DNA from: Candidatus Aenigmatarchaeota archaeon
GTDB taxonomy: Archaea > Aenigmatarchaeota > Aenigmatarchaeia > CG10238-14 > SpSt-28
Length of the DNA stretch: 64,000 nt
Direction: 5' to 3'
Assembly (NCBI GenBank): GCA_039000725.1
Contig: JAWBNO010000001.1
Coordinates: 23,616 to 87,615 of the forward strand
Positions within the stretch are counted from its first letter, which is position 1. Each line of letters starts with the position of its first letter. Below, in pieces: positions 1-15,000 of the stretch. The notes beneath the pieces are model-generated. The model was not told where the DNA came from. It did no database searches and saw only the letters and a program-made list of their open reading frames with translations. The position numbers and the translations under genes are program-made.

Positions 1-3000
1 CATCTGTTATGTTGCACTTAAAGGTATAATTACCTTTATCCTCTGGCTTAAACTTATAACTAACAAAACCTGAATTATTTGTTGTTAGTTCAGCTAACTT
101 TATGAAAACGTTACTTGGCTCCAATTTATAATACAAACTAACATTATAATCTGGAATTCCACCAGCATATACATCTTTAACTAAACATACTACATCAAAT
201 TCTTCTGGATATGGAAGGACAGAATTATTTAATGGATATATCCAAATTACATCAGATAAGCTATTTATATAAATTGTAACATTATTACTACCATCATCAT
301 AATATGCTTTCTTTGCTATAGCCATTAAAGAATGTCTTCCTGTTATTTGCTCAGCAACTCTTATTTGAGGTATAAATGTGTCTAAACCTGTTATTAAAAT
401 AGAGGTTTCATTCCACCATTCAACAGTTGGATTTATCAAAGTTTCATTTTCTCCATTCTCACTCCATACTCTAGCCTTAACCGGAATTGGTTGAGACTTT
501 GGCCAGTAAGAATTGTTTTCTGGTTTTTCTATTTCAACAAACAGTATACCTTTAACAACAATAACTGTAGTATTAGTTTCAGATGGTTCATTTATGTTGC
601 TTGTTGCGTTTATGTATATTGTTACTGATTGTGGTATAATTGAATCATCAAAATCAATATTCTCTATAGTACACCAACCAGTTGAATTTGTTAGGCAACT
701 TCCTAAGTAACTTGTATCATTATAGAATGAAACGTTAGCATTTACAGCATAACCTATGAATGAATCTCTTACTCTAACAGATATATTAGCTTTGTTTGGA
801 ATAAATGTATCGTTTCTGTAAACAAAGCTTGGAGATATTATTCTTTCTATAATCAATGGTCTCCTTATATTTATATATATTGTACTAGAGTTTATAGTTG
901 GTCTATAATACAAAGTTGAATTTTCTTCAATCCTACAATCTATCTTATGCAATCCTCCACTTTCTCCAAAAGTATTCCATGCATAAGTAGCAATCCCGTT
1001 TTCATTTGTGAAAGCGGTTCCTATTTCTTCATCGTCTCTATAAAACTTAACCAAGTAATTTGGAATAGGAGTAGTTGTATTATAATCAGTAACATTACAC
1101 TCTAAATTAACTAAATCTCCTGCCCAAACAACAGTGTTATTTGCTGGATTAATAAATCTAACACTAGACCAGCCATAAATGAAAATTGAAGAAGAATTAA
1201 AGTTAGGATCGAAATTGGATAAAGAAACATTTACATAAATTGTTTCCATTCCTAACTTATATGTAGTTGGTATTAACCATGTTGTGTTTTGACCAGTAGA
1301 TATCAATCTCCAAGTAGAATTGTACCACTGAGCAACTGCAGTTGGTTGGTATCTTAAACACTCATCATATACAGAAGCATTAAGTGAATTTATAACTCCT
1401 CTCATCAAAACTTCTCCATTTAATGGTCTAATTATTGAAACATTTAACTGTCCTATAACAGTAAAGTTTCTTGTTGTAGAATTAATTGGCTTGTAGCATA
1501 AATCTCCACTAGATGCGAACCAATACTGTATACCTTCTAGAGAATAACAATCTGGATTGTAGTAAACTGAACAACTTCCATTAGATGTTGTACAATTCAA
1601 AATAAAGTCAAAATTATTTCTATCTCTTGTTATCCATACTGTAACATTTGCACCATCTGGATATATTCCTCTATCTGAATCGTAAACTGTAACTTTAAAT
1701 GTTGCAACATTGTCTCCTATTCTTCTAACTACTGTACTACTATCTGCCCCCAAAGTTACACTAACATCATTTCTTTCAAATGTTATATTTAAAGCTGAGC
1801 TTTCGGCAGAAAATCCTGTTGAATCTACTGTTGTAGCTTTATACAAAACAGTTGAATTCAAAAGATAATCTTCACAGCTAAATCTTTCTGTAAATGTAAC
1901 CGGATAGTTAGAATATGTAGGTGAAACTACTTTAGAGTTAACATAATGCCAACTATTTCCGCCATCGAAACTCTTCCAAATTGTTACATTGTTTGGTGAT
2001 GCGTCTGTATCTGTAATTCTTACAGTAAATGTATATGCTTCACCCCAACCTCCAAATATTTTATCAACTGTAAAACTGTTTATAGTTGGTGCGGAAGCTA
2101 TAAAGTAAGCATTTGACTTAATAGTTGAATTGTAACTTGGATAATCAGAATAATAGACTTTTCTTCCTAAAACTCTAATGCTATGCCAACCAAATGGTTT
2201 TCCACTTGTATCAAAACTACAATTGTAAGTTCCATTATTCATATCAAAAACTGGAGTGCAAGAGAATTGATTTCCGCCCCAAACGCTGTACATCAATACA
2301 TCGGCGCCACTAACAGTTTCACAATCATCAAATAAAGTAGCATAGAAAGGAACTTGAGTGCCTCTTAAGAAAGCTTCTCCGTTTGGATAATCAATTCTAA
2401 TTCCAAGAAAACTTCTTATTGTTAAAGAGTAGTTTTGTGTAGAAATATTTTTATAGTAAGGATCGTCTATTATAGAAGCAAACCATTTTTGAATTCCTGT
2501 TTTATATAAAGGTTCACAACCAGGATTAAATTCAAATATCGCATAACCTGTACCATTTGCATAAACTAATGTTCCACTATCAAAATTGTTACCGTCCAGA
2601 GTAACAAAGAAGTAGACTCTAGCATCATTTGCATAATCTTCTCTATCTGTATCTATAACTCTAACTCCTAAGTAAGCTATATCTGTTCCATTTCTCCAAA
2701 CAAAAACATTATTTCCGCTAATTAGTTCAATAGATATATCATCTTTTTCAATTGTAAAGTTGTTTGTCAATGTTCTAACTATATATCCTCTAGTATCTTC
2801 AGCCTCTATATAATAACTCCAGTTTCCTTGTCTTGTTTGGAATGTTGATGGATCTTTATAGAAAATTGTTATTGTTGTATTTAGTGGTCCTTGTAAGTTT
2901 GGATCTTCATAGAAAGATGAACTATTTGCCAAAATCCAACTATCTTCATTTTCATATTTTATGAAAACTTTCAATGTAACTCCATCTAAATCTTCATCAG

Positions 3001-6000
3001 TAACATTAACTCTAAACTTCCATGTTTCACCCCATCCTCCCAATGTGGTTCCATCTTTAGAAATTACTCTTTCTCCTTCTAATATTGGTTTTGTTTTAAC
3101 AAAAATTACGTTTTCTATTAAAGAATGGCCAAAATTATGATAAGGCTTAGAGGCATTTATCGAAACGTTATAATATCTTGCCTTAATTAAAGATGTATTA
3201 ATTGTACATTCGTATTCTCCGGAGCCTCTTGGAATAACTGGTTGACAATTGTAAATATTTCCATATTCGCTTATCAATATCATTTCTACAGAAGAATCGC
3301 TAATTTCAACTCCTCTATCATCAAAAACTTTAGTAAGCAAAGTTATATTTTCTTCTGGCTTTAAGTATTCCGTATATCCAACTGGTAATAAAAGGTTAGA
3401 GTATAAACTACCTATTACTGTAACGTAATATTCTGTTGAATTTGCATCAAAGTAGCAAGAATCTCCATATACTCCACCCTTCCATTTTTGGACTCCTGCC
3501 TCATAATCTGAGCTGGGATCAAAGTAAATTCTAAGGAAGCCATTAGAATCTGTTAAATTGAATGTTCCTTCATCATAATTTATACCATCTTTTGTAACAA
3601 ATACTCTTCCATAAACATTGGAGCCAACATATGTATTCCTAATTGCATCTTTAATTCTAACAACTAGTGGAGCATAATTATTTCCAGTTCTATTTACTAT
3701 GCTTTGATTTCCAATATAATATTCAACAATTACATCATCTTTAACAATGCTTGGACCAGAATATTCTGTGGTATTAATTCTGTTAGTGCCATCATATAAT
3801 TCAAACTTGAATTTAACTTCTGAAGTTGTGTTTATATCTAAACAATCAAAATTGTTAACCGTAACTAAACATCTTCCTTTTCCATTATAAACAATACTTT
3901 CTCCTTTGTATATCCATTCATTTCTACCAGTATAAACAAAAAGTTTACATGTAACGTTATCATACTGTTTATCATCAACATCAACACTAAAGTTAAATGT
4001 TGAACCCCAGCCTGCAATAGATGGAGAAAAGCTAACATTGTTGTAAGATGGTGGAGTATTAATTAAATAGACCCAATTTGGATAAAATGTTGTATTTGGA
4101 TTATAATTGATTTTACTTCCTGTTATTGTAAAATTGTAATAGCCTCCTTTATGAAAACTAGTATTCCAATAGCAAGTATAGTAACCATTTCCTAAATCGA
4201 TAATTGGGGAACAATATTCTGTTCCACTTGGACCATCTATCTTTATAGTTAATACAGTTTGATTTTGTAATCCGTCTTCTGAACAATCGGTAGGTATACT
4301 AACATTAAATTCTACCACATCACCAACATCTACGAATTGATTTTCTATTGGATAGTTTAAAGATTGCTTTAACTGACCAACAATATTTACCTTAGCTCCA
4401 GGTATTTCATAGTATTGATCCTTATAGCAAGCATTGTCTTTAGTAAATGCTCTCCATCTTTGTTCTCCTACTCTAAATCTACAATCTGCATCAAAGTTAT
4501 AAATTGATAATCCTTCTATATCACTTTGATTACTACCAACAAAAATAAATTCATTACCATCAGAAGTTACATTATAACCTATGTCTGCAATTATTGGTAC
4601 ATACTCTCTATCAGCATCGTATACTTTAATAGTTAAAGGAGCTGATTCTGCTCCTTCTCTATTAATAGTAAATGAGTATGGTATTTGATACTCAATATAC
4701 ACATCATTTCTTTCTATTGTAAAAGTAGAAGTTACATTACTTGAATAGTTAAATTCATCAGTGGCAACAAACATTAAATCTCTAATTCCTATATCTTCAC
4801 AACTAAAGGTATGACCAACAAACTCAACTAACTGTGGATTTGGTTGCCCTTCTATTATTGTTGAATTTAATAACTTCCAAGAATCCCCTTCTTTAACATA
4901 TAAAGATACGTTAACAAGGTTTAAGTCATCATCTCTAACATAAATACCAAAACTCCACTTTTCACCCCATCCTCCTATACTTCCTCCTTGTTGAGATTGA
5001 ATTATTGGCATTGTAGCAAATGATGGTGCACTAGCTAAGAAGAATAGGTTTTCTACTAAAACTTCAGAGCTATTGTAATATTGTTTGCTTGCTCTTACTA
5101 TAATATCATACCATCCTAAGTCCCAATTCAAATGTTGAGTATTCCTTATTGTACAATAGTATGTTCCATTATTCATATCAACTGCATTACAAGTAAAGCC
5201 ATTTCTAGGTATGTATAAAATAACATTAGCGCCTGAAACAAAACCACAGTCATCAGATATAGTTACCTCTAAAGTTATGTTATCTATACCCCTTAAGAAG
5301 CTTTCTCCTATTTTTGGTTTGGTTAAGTTAATTGTTAAGTTGTTTGTTATAACAGTAAATTCGAATGTAGTAGAATTCTTATTTTTATAGAATCCGTCAT
5401 TCAATATTCCTGCTATCCATCTTTGTGGACCTACTTCAAAGCTACAATCTACTCTAACTGAACTTAAAGTTAAGTTACTTTGCGAATCTGTATAAATATA
5501 TGAAGTATTAACGAAGTTGACTCTATCTTTTGTATAGTAGAATATTCCTTGTCTATTTGGACCTACATAAACATTTCTATCAGTATCTAAAACTGCAACT
5601 CTAAAGTTAACAAAAGGTCTTGAGCTTCTATTGTAAACACTATTATTTCCAAAAACATGTATCAATTCTACATCATCTTTATCTATGTATATTTTATAAA
5701 CTGAGCTGTTGTCTGTATAACTTCTTGCATCTTGTATGGTAATGTAAAATTCTTTTTCACCTATATCTTGGCCTGTAAATGAAGAATAATTAAACATTAC
5801 ACTAACATTTATTCCAGAAGATAATACACTTTGTTGTATCCAACCGAAATATCTTTGTAAATTGAGAGTTATAGTGTTTGTATCTAGATCTTCATCAGTA
5901 AAGTTAACTACAAATCTCCATGTTTCACCCCAACCACCATCTCCGCTAGGATATGATGTAACATAGTATATCTCTGGTTTTGTTTCTATGAAAAATGCAT

Positions 6001-9000
6001 TATAAACTGTTAAAATGGATGGGTTGTAGTACTGTTTCTCAGTATACATACTAATGTTGTAAAATCTAGCTGGCATTACTATTGGATAGGAAGTATTGAA
6101 TGTACAATTATAATTTCCTAGACTATCTTCTATAACAGGCTCGCAAACAAACTCTTGAAGAGTTTGATTACTTTTAGCTTTTATATTTATTACATCAACG
6201 CTAACAAAATTGTTACATTCATCATTAACATAACCTAATATAGTTACATTGCTTCCTCTTAAGTATCTTTTACCATTTAATGGCTCAGTTATTGTATTTT
6301 GTAGCCATCCGTAAATTGTTGTAATGTAATCTTCGCTACTTACTCTTTTATAACAACTATCATTAACTTCAAATTTCCATTTTTGAATTCCTGCACTAAA
6401 ACTACAATCTGGAGCAAAATTGTAATTCAAATATCCTGTTGAATTGCTAGAAATAATTCCAAGAAAACTATAGCTATTTTCATCTTTTGTTGCAAATACA
6501 GAAACATTAACATTAGCTGGATAAATATTTCTATCTAAATCTCTAATTCTCATTGAAAATAGAGTTGATCCATAAGTTCTGTTAACAAAACTATTATTTC
6601 CTGTTATTAAAATAAGTGTAACATCATTTCTTTCTATGGATGGTGCCAAAACTTCTGTAGTATTAAATATGTTAGTTCCGTCATCTATTTCGAATTTGAA
6701 TTTAGTTAGAGATGTTATGTTTATATCGCCACAATCAAAATCTGTTACATTAATTTCACATGTTCCAACACCATTTGGTATTATTTTACTTCCCTTGAAT
6801 AACCATTCTCCTTTTCCTGTAAATATGTAGAGCTTACAGACAACAGTATCTCTTTGCAAATCTAAAACATCAGCTTTAAAGGTAAAAACTTCTCCCCAAC
6901 CACCAGTTTCTGGAGTAACACTTATATTTTCAACGATTGGTGGATAATTTACTAAGGTTAACCAATTTGAAAATAGAGTTGAATTTGAATTGTAATGCTC
7001 TTTTGAAGAACTTAATAAGAAACTGTAGCTTCCTCCAATTTTATAGCTCAAATCCCAACTAAAGTTATAAATTCCATTTAATGAGTTTACAAAAGGAATA
7101 TTCTCTTGATAATTATTAGGCCATATTGCTTTTAACTCAACTAAAGCTCCACCAACTTCATTCTCACATTCGTCTTCAATTAAAGTCGAAATATTTATTG
7201 ACTTTCCATATTCTATTATTATTTCACTTCCATTTTTTGGATCTATAATGTAATTTCTTAAACTTCCTATGATATCAAACTCGTAATTCAAAGTTTCTGA
7301 AAAACTGTAGCAGTAATCTGATGTTTCTGCCTTAAAGTATTGATATCCTGCGTTAAAACTACAATCTGGATTTAAATCATAGCTCACATTACCATAAGAG
7401 TCGCTCAAGCCATAAACAACAAAATTAAAGTTACTACCATCCTTAGTAAATTTAAACGTTGTATTTACATCACTAGCATAAATCCTTCTATCCTCATCAT
7501 AAACAGAAACGATAAATCTTCCACTATTTTCTCCCTCTCTTACTATAGATGCTGGATATTCTCTAACATACAAACTTACTTCATTGGGCTGAATATTTAT
7601 AAAACCAAAATCTTCTGCAGTATTATTAAAGTAATCTCTTAAAACAATCTTGTAATTTCTATTACCTATAGCATTACAATCAAAAGTTGTAGTTAATGTT
7701 ATAGTTGTTAGATCTTTACACTCTGGAGAAAAGCAAACAGTTGAATTAACTAATTCATAGCTTCCTGTTAAATTAACATACAAGCTTATGTTAAGTCTTT
7801 CAAAATCAAACTTTTCTTGGTCACTATCATATAGTTGAACCTCAAATATCCATAAATCTCCCCAACCACCATATATATCATTTCTTCTTGATGAATATGC
7901 TCTAACATTTGAAATTGATGGATAAGAAGCTACTAAGAATGCGTTTTCCGCAACATATGTTTCTCCTTCTGGATAATTTTGCTTGCTTGCGTTTACTAAT
8001 ACGGTATAATATCCTAAGGCCAAATTTGAAAATGTGCATGAATAAGTTCCATTTAGGTAATCTATCAAATTGTTGCAAACATATTCTTGTCCATCTTGAT
8101 TCTTAATTACTAGATCAACTGAAGCTTGTGGGACAAAACCACAATCATCATTTATGTTTATTATTACTGGTACATCTTGACCTAAATCAAAAACTTTATT
8201 AACAGGATAAGTAAGAGTAACATTTAATGGTATTGTAGTTATATTTATACTTCCTATTGGACTTGCTGCTGATTTATAACATAATGAATCAATGTTAACT
8301 CTCCATAGTTGTGGTCCTACTTGATATAGGCATTTACTAGCATTTGGGAATGAAAAAGTAATAGTTCCTGATGATGAAGTTCTAATTTGATCAAAAACAT
8401 AACTATATCCATTATAAGTTACGTATAGCGAAGCATTATATGGTTGATTTACCGCTGAATTTCTATCTCTATCAAAAACTGAAACTCCTAAACTAACTTT
8501 TAATGGAGACGATCTATTGTAAATAATACCATCTCCTTGAACTATAGAAACAGTTATATCATCTTTTTCTAATGTAAAGTTTCTTATGTTTGATTCTGCT
8601 GTATTAGAATCATCATCACTAACATTGAAGAAGAATTCATACTCTACTTCAGGTAGACCTAAAAGTTTACTACAATCGAAAGATGGAGATGGTGTAATAG
8701 ATACAATAGAGCTAATAGTTCCTTGAGATTTTTGTCCAGTACCTAGTAATTGCCATTCTTCTGTTCCTTTAACTCTATACCAAGCATAAACATAAACTGG
8801 ATCTTTATCTTCATCTGTTACATTAGCTCTAAAGCTCCATGGCTCGCCCCAACCACCTCTATCTAATGGTCTATTTGTTCCTAGATTTATTACAGATGGC
8901 AAAGTTTCTATCCAAAATGCATTATTTTCTGTATATGTAGAAGATAAGTGATATAACTTAGTAGCATTCAAAATTATTGAATAGTATCCTGCTGGCTTAT

Positions 9001-12000
9001 CTGAAGTTTCAAAAGTACAATTATAATTACCTATATCAATTCTTTCATGTTCACAAACATAGTTAGTTGATGTAGAAACGCTTCTTAAAGTTATGTTAAA
9101 TGTATCAGCATCAACTAAATTACCACAATCATCACTTACATTTGTATAAATACTAACATTACTTCCCTTTAAGTACTTTATTCCATTTGTTGGTGAAATA
9201 ACTCTTGGTTCCAATTTACCTATAACATTGTAATAAAATTCTTCAGATGAATTATCATAATAACAAGCATCGTTTTCAACATATGCTTGCCACTTCTGAA
9301 GACTTGCTAAATAAGAGCAATCTGGTACTAAAACTGTTGATGCCAAACCATTATATGTTCCAATGCCATCTGGAGTTAAGATTATATAATTATTACCATC
9401 TTTTGTGACTTTGAATATAACATTAGTTTCTGGCAAATTGTTAGAATAACCTATGTTTTTATTTTTAATTAAATCATAAACTCTAACTGAAAATGTACCA
9501 TAACCTGTTTGTCTAATTATAGAAGTACCATTACCAGAAACTAGTGTTATATTTATCAAGCTTTTTGTTAAATTAAATCTACCAATTTCTGTAATTACGG
9601 GCTCATTTGCACCATCATCTAAAACAAACCTAAATTCTCTTTCTCCTATATCATCACAACTAAAGCTATCTATAGTAAAGCTACATGTTCCAGAACCTTC
9701 TATTATTGTACTATTTATATGATTCCAAATGTCTCCAATTTTTTCTTTAATTTCTAAACTACAATTAACTTTATCGAAATCGCTATCACTAATATCTACA
9801 GAAAATACATATCTATCTGTCCAATAGCTTTGTGTTGGATTAACTTGTATGTTGGAATATGTTGGTGGTGCATTTAAGATTTTAAACCAGTCAATGTATT
9901 CTGTATAATTATAGTCATAATATTCCTTAGTACTATTTACTAAAACATCATAATATCCTGGTTTTTTGAATGAAGAATTGAAAGTACAGTTGTAGAAACC
10001 ATTAAATTGACTTATTGGGCTGCATTCATATATTGTATCGTATGGATCAACTATCTTTACATTTAAATCAGCATTATCAATTCTTCCTTCTTCTAAACAA
10101 TCAGAATAAACTGATATATTCAACTTTATTAATTCTCCTGTCGGAAACTTAGAATCTTTATATGGTTCTATTATTTCTGTTTTTAGCTGACCTGCAACTA
10201 GTATTGAATATGTTGAATTAACAGAAACGTAGCATGCATCATTATAAACACCTGCGATCCAACTAGTTGATCCTGGATTAAAAGTACAATCTGGGTCAAA
10301 TTCGAAATATACAATTCCAGAAGAGTTTGTTCTATTTTCGTAGAATATTTCACTTCCATACTTGTTATATAAGAAGAATCCTACGTTAACATTTGATACT
10401 TCTGAACCATTTAAAGCATCCAAGACTTTTACAGTTAAAGGTATTATTTGATACTCTCTATTAACTCTAGCATTATTACCATAAACTGGAATTACTGCAG
10501 TTGGTCTTTTATCAACTGTAAAAGTAGAGCCGGGTATTTCTGTTGAATATCCACTTGTATCTGTTGCATTGAATTTGAAATAGTATAAGCTTATATTAGC
10601 GCAACTTGTTGGTATTTCAAAACCGATATTGACTCCCTCATATGGAGTTGGACCAACATAAATTTGTGTTCCTCCTAAGAACCAATTTGTTCCATCCTTA
10701 CTTAACCAAAGATAAACTGTTTTAGTATCATAATCAAAATCGTAAAGAGTAACATTCAAAACAAATTTAGTTCCCCATGAAGCATAACCTGGTGAAACCT
10801 GAGGATTAGACAATTTAGGATTATCAGCAAGATAGAAAGCATTTTCTTTTACAACACTAACATTATTTACATAAAATTCTCTACTTGCATTCATGGTAAC
10901 ATTGTACCATCCATATGGCAATAGAGAAAGTGTAGAAGAATCTATAATACAACTATAATAACCATTTCCTTCATCTGTAGCTAAGCAATTTATATCTGTT
11001 CCTTCAATTCCAAATAATACTGTAGCTCCTTTTACTAGACCACAACCAGCTATATCTGTTAAATATCCTCTAATTAATAGGCTATCAGTACCTCTAAGAA
11101 GTATATTTCCAGATGGTTGAGTTATAGTTCCATCAAATTCAGAAACCACATTAACAAAATAGTCTGTAGAATTTGCTTCTTTATATAATTGATTTGTTAG
11201 TAATCCTCCTTTCCATCTTTGAACACCTACTTCAAAACTACAATCTGGAGCAAAATTTATAGAAAATGTTCCATCAGAAGATGTATATGAAGTTCCAATT
11301 TGCTTATAACTTCCTAAATCATTTGTCTTATTAGTAACCCAAAAAGCTGTTTGAAGACCTGCCATCACATTTGTATTTCTGTCAGTGTCCCAAGCTAAAA
11401 GAGTAAATGTTGCATATTGTCCCGCTCTATTCGCAACAGAATTGTTACCAGAAACTAAAATTATGGAAACATCATCCTTTTCTACAGTTATACTTGTATT
11501 TAGTTCATATTTACCAAAGTCATCGCTAACATTAGCAATAACAGTCCAATCACCTATATCACCAGGAGAAAAAGTAAATGTTGTAGTTGCTTCAACGTTT
11601 ATTCCACTAACTACAACGCTAGAAAACTTATATGAATTTCCTTTGATTAAATAGAAGTTAACATAAAGTGTATCTAAATCTTCATCAGTAAAGTTAACCT
11701 TTACTGTTAAAGTTTCACCCCAACCCAATATATTTGGAGTTGCCCTCAAATTAAAGAGTATTGGATTTGTTTCAATCCAGAAAATATTTGAGTAACTGAA
11801 ATTGTTAGAAATATAGTAAATTCTTGATATAGAGTAAGAAACGTTGTAAAATCGTGGAAGCATGTCTGTTGAATTAAATGTACAACTATAATTTCCATCT
11901 CCAAAATCAATAATTTCTGTGCAATTGTATTTATAGTTTGGATTTAGATTACTAATCATTGTTATGTTTAAAGTTGCCCCTTCAACCCGAACATTACATT

Positions 12001-15000
12001 CATCTTTAACTGAAATGTTTAAAGTTATGTTGCTGCCTCTCAAGAACTTTTGACCGCTTGGATAAGTTATAAAAGACTGTAAATGGCCAACTATGTAAGT
12101 TGTGAAAGTTTCTGATGATACTGGCTTATAACATTCATCCTCTATTATTTCTGCCTTCCAATATTGTAATCCTCTGTAAAATCTACAATCAGGATTGAAG
12201 AATAAAGAAACTATACTATCTTCTGAAATATTTGAATCTATGTAAACAAAATTATTTCCATCTGTTGTAACGAATAGAGATACATTTGCATTGCTATAAT
12301 ATTTTGCATCTGCATCATAAACTCTAACCCTTAAGAAATCACCAATTTCTCTAATAATATAACTTTCATTACCACTATAGTATTCTAAAACAGCATCGTT
12401 TTTATTTAAATACAACATATTTGGACTTCTGTCTGTAGTATTGTATACATCACTAGCATTAAACTTAAAGTATATTGGAGATCTTATTCTATCTTCACAA
12501 GTAAATCCTTTGTAAGATAGCTCTATGGTTCTTTCCGAACCACAATTGTAACAAACTGTAGAGTTAACTAATTCCCAATTATTCCCATCCCTAGATATCC
12601 AAAGATAAATGTTTACATCATCGCCATTTAAATCACTAACATTAACTCTAAAGTACCATCTTTCACCCCAACCGCCATCTTGCTCAGGAATAGCTTCTTC
12701 TCCTCTTAAAACTGGGGGAACTAATGTATGAATTATTTTGAATGAATTTGGTTGAATATAATAGTAACTATCATAGTATACAATTCCGCTAGCTGTAACA
12801 TTAACGTCATACCATCCTTCTTCTATTTCTGTAGCATTTAAACTACAATTATAATACCCATTATCATAAACAACATTCTCGCATAAATATTCTGTTCCGA
12901 ATGCTACACTTCTAGCTTTAAATATAACATTTGCATTATCGAAGTATACAGAATTACATTCATCTCTAACAATTGCAGATAGATTTACATATAGCTGTGC
13001 ATATCTGTTATATTGTTGCTCTATTGGAAATACTAGCAACGGATTTAATCTTCCTACTATCGTTATATTTTCTCTATTTGAAATAACATTCTTATAGCAA
13101 GCATCAGCTTCTGTATATGAATACCACTCTTTAGGACCTACCATATAGCTGCAATCAGGCTTAAATGAAATTATAGAATAACCACTAGAATTTGTTGAAT
13201 TTGAAGAAATGTAAACAAAAGATGTTCCATTGTAAACTTGATATTTAATATTTGGAGAAGAATATAATGGAACATAGGCTGGCTGTTTTTGGTCTAAATC
13301 GTAAGCATAAACAGCTAAAATTGCTTTTTCTTCATCATATCTTTTTGCTTCTGTATCATTATAAACAATAGTTAATTGCAAATCGTTTTTCTGAAGCAAA
13401 TGACTATATTCTTGGCTTTCACTATAAGAAGAGGGTACTCCAAACTCTGTAGCATTTATTTTATAATTCCAGAATTGACTTCTAACAAAATCTGAACATG
13501 TGTATCTCTTACTAAAAGTAATATATTTTCCACCAGAAGGATTTTCCAAGTTCTTACATTCTGAAATTTGGTATTGCTGACTATCAATTGGTTTTTCAAG
13601 CAAGCAAACAATTACATCATTATAGTGATCTATAAAAGCTGTAAAGTTATGTATCTCTCCCCAACCACCATCTTGCTCATATACCATTGTAACATTCAAT
13701 ATTCTAACTGGTGTTATTAGAAAGAAAACATTTTCTTTAATTACAGAAGAATTCCAGTAGTAGTTTTTAGAAGAATAAGCTATTACAGAATAGTTTCCTC
13801 CTGGCTTTCCAATTGTATTGAATGAGCAAATATAAGAAGTTCCATCATAATTGGCAAAACCGTTTTCGGGACATCTAAATTCATCTCCAGTTCTTTCATT
13901 TCTTAAAATGAAATAAACATTTGCATCAGTTATTGTAACGATACAATCATCTATAACGCTAGCTCTTAAAACAACGTTTTGTCCTTCTGTTACATATTGA
14001 TATTCTGATGGAGATATTATAGAAGTGTAAAGAGTTCCATATATTTTTATAGTATAATTATCACTTCTTGCATTTGCATAACATTCATCTCCACTAACAT
14101 AGGAATACCATTTATATTCTCCAGCTTGATAGCCACATCCTGGATAAAATTCATAGTAATACTTCTCATTATAGACATCAACATTCATTTCATAAACAAA
14201 TGAGTTTGGTCCTTCAAACTTTATAGAGACTTGAGGTATTTCAGTAACATTTCTATTCAAAATTGTATCTCTAATAAAAACTGATAGATTAAGTGGCATA
14301 GAATTTGGAACGTTTGTTCTATTTATTAAAGAATGTCCTTCAGATATATTTATTTCTATAGGCTCTTTCTCTATTACAAAACTTATTTCTGAAGAGCTAT
14401 TTAAGAATCCTGATTCGTCTTTTGCTTCAATTCTATATCTCCAATCACCTACTTCTACTGTATCATAATCACAAATAAAGTCTCTTAGAAATGAAGTTAG
14501 ATAATAGTTACAATTAGTACAATTGTCTAAATAAGCAACAAAATATTGATCTGGAATCTTTCTTAAGTAATGGGTTATGTTCACAAAATTTCCATCTTCA
14601 TCTATAACAATTGCGCTAAAATTGAATGGGCTTAATCCCCATGGACCTCCAAAAGGCTGAATTGATACATTAACTATATCTGGTACTGTAGATAAGAAGA
14701 ATGCATACTTTTCTTCAAATAATCCATCTGTATGCAATGGCTTTGAAGAATACATTGTTATATTGTACCATCCTAATGGTGAATTCAATGCTCTTGGATT
14801 AAATGTACATTGAAATTCATTGCCTACTCTAGTTGCTATGCACTGATAATTATAATTTCCATTAGTTAAGTTAAAGTAAACATACATGTCTTCATCTGCT
14901 CTAATATTACCACAATCATCAACAACTCTTCCTCTTAATGTTATTGTATCTAATTCGAAACTAAAGTTTACATTTAATGGATAAATTATTGTATTATACA

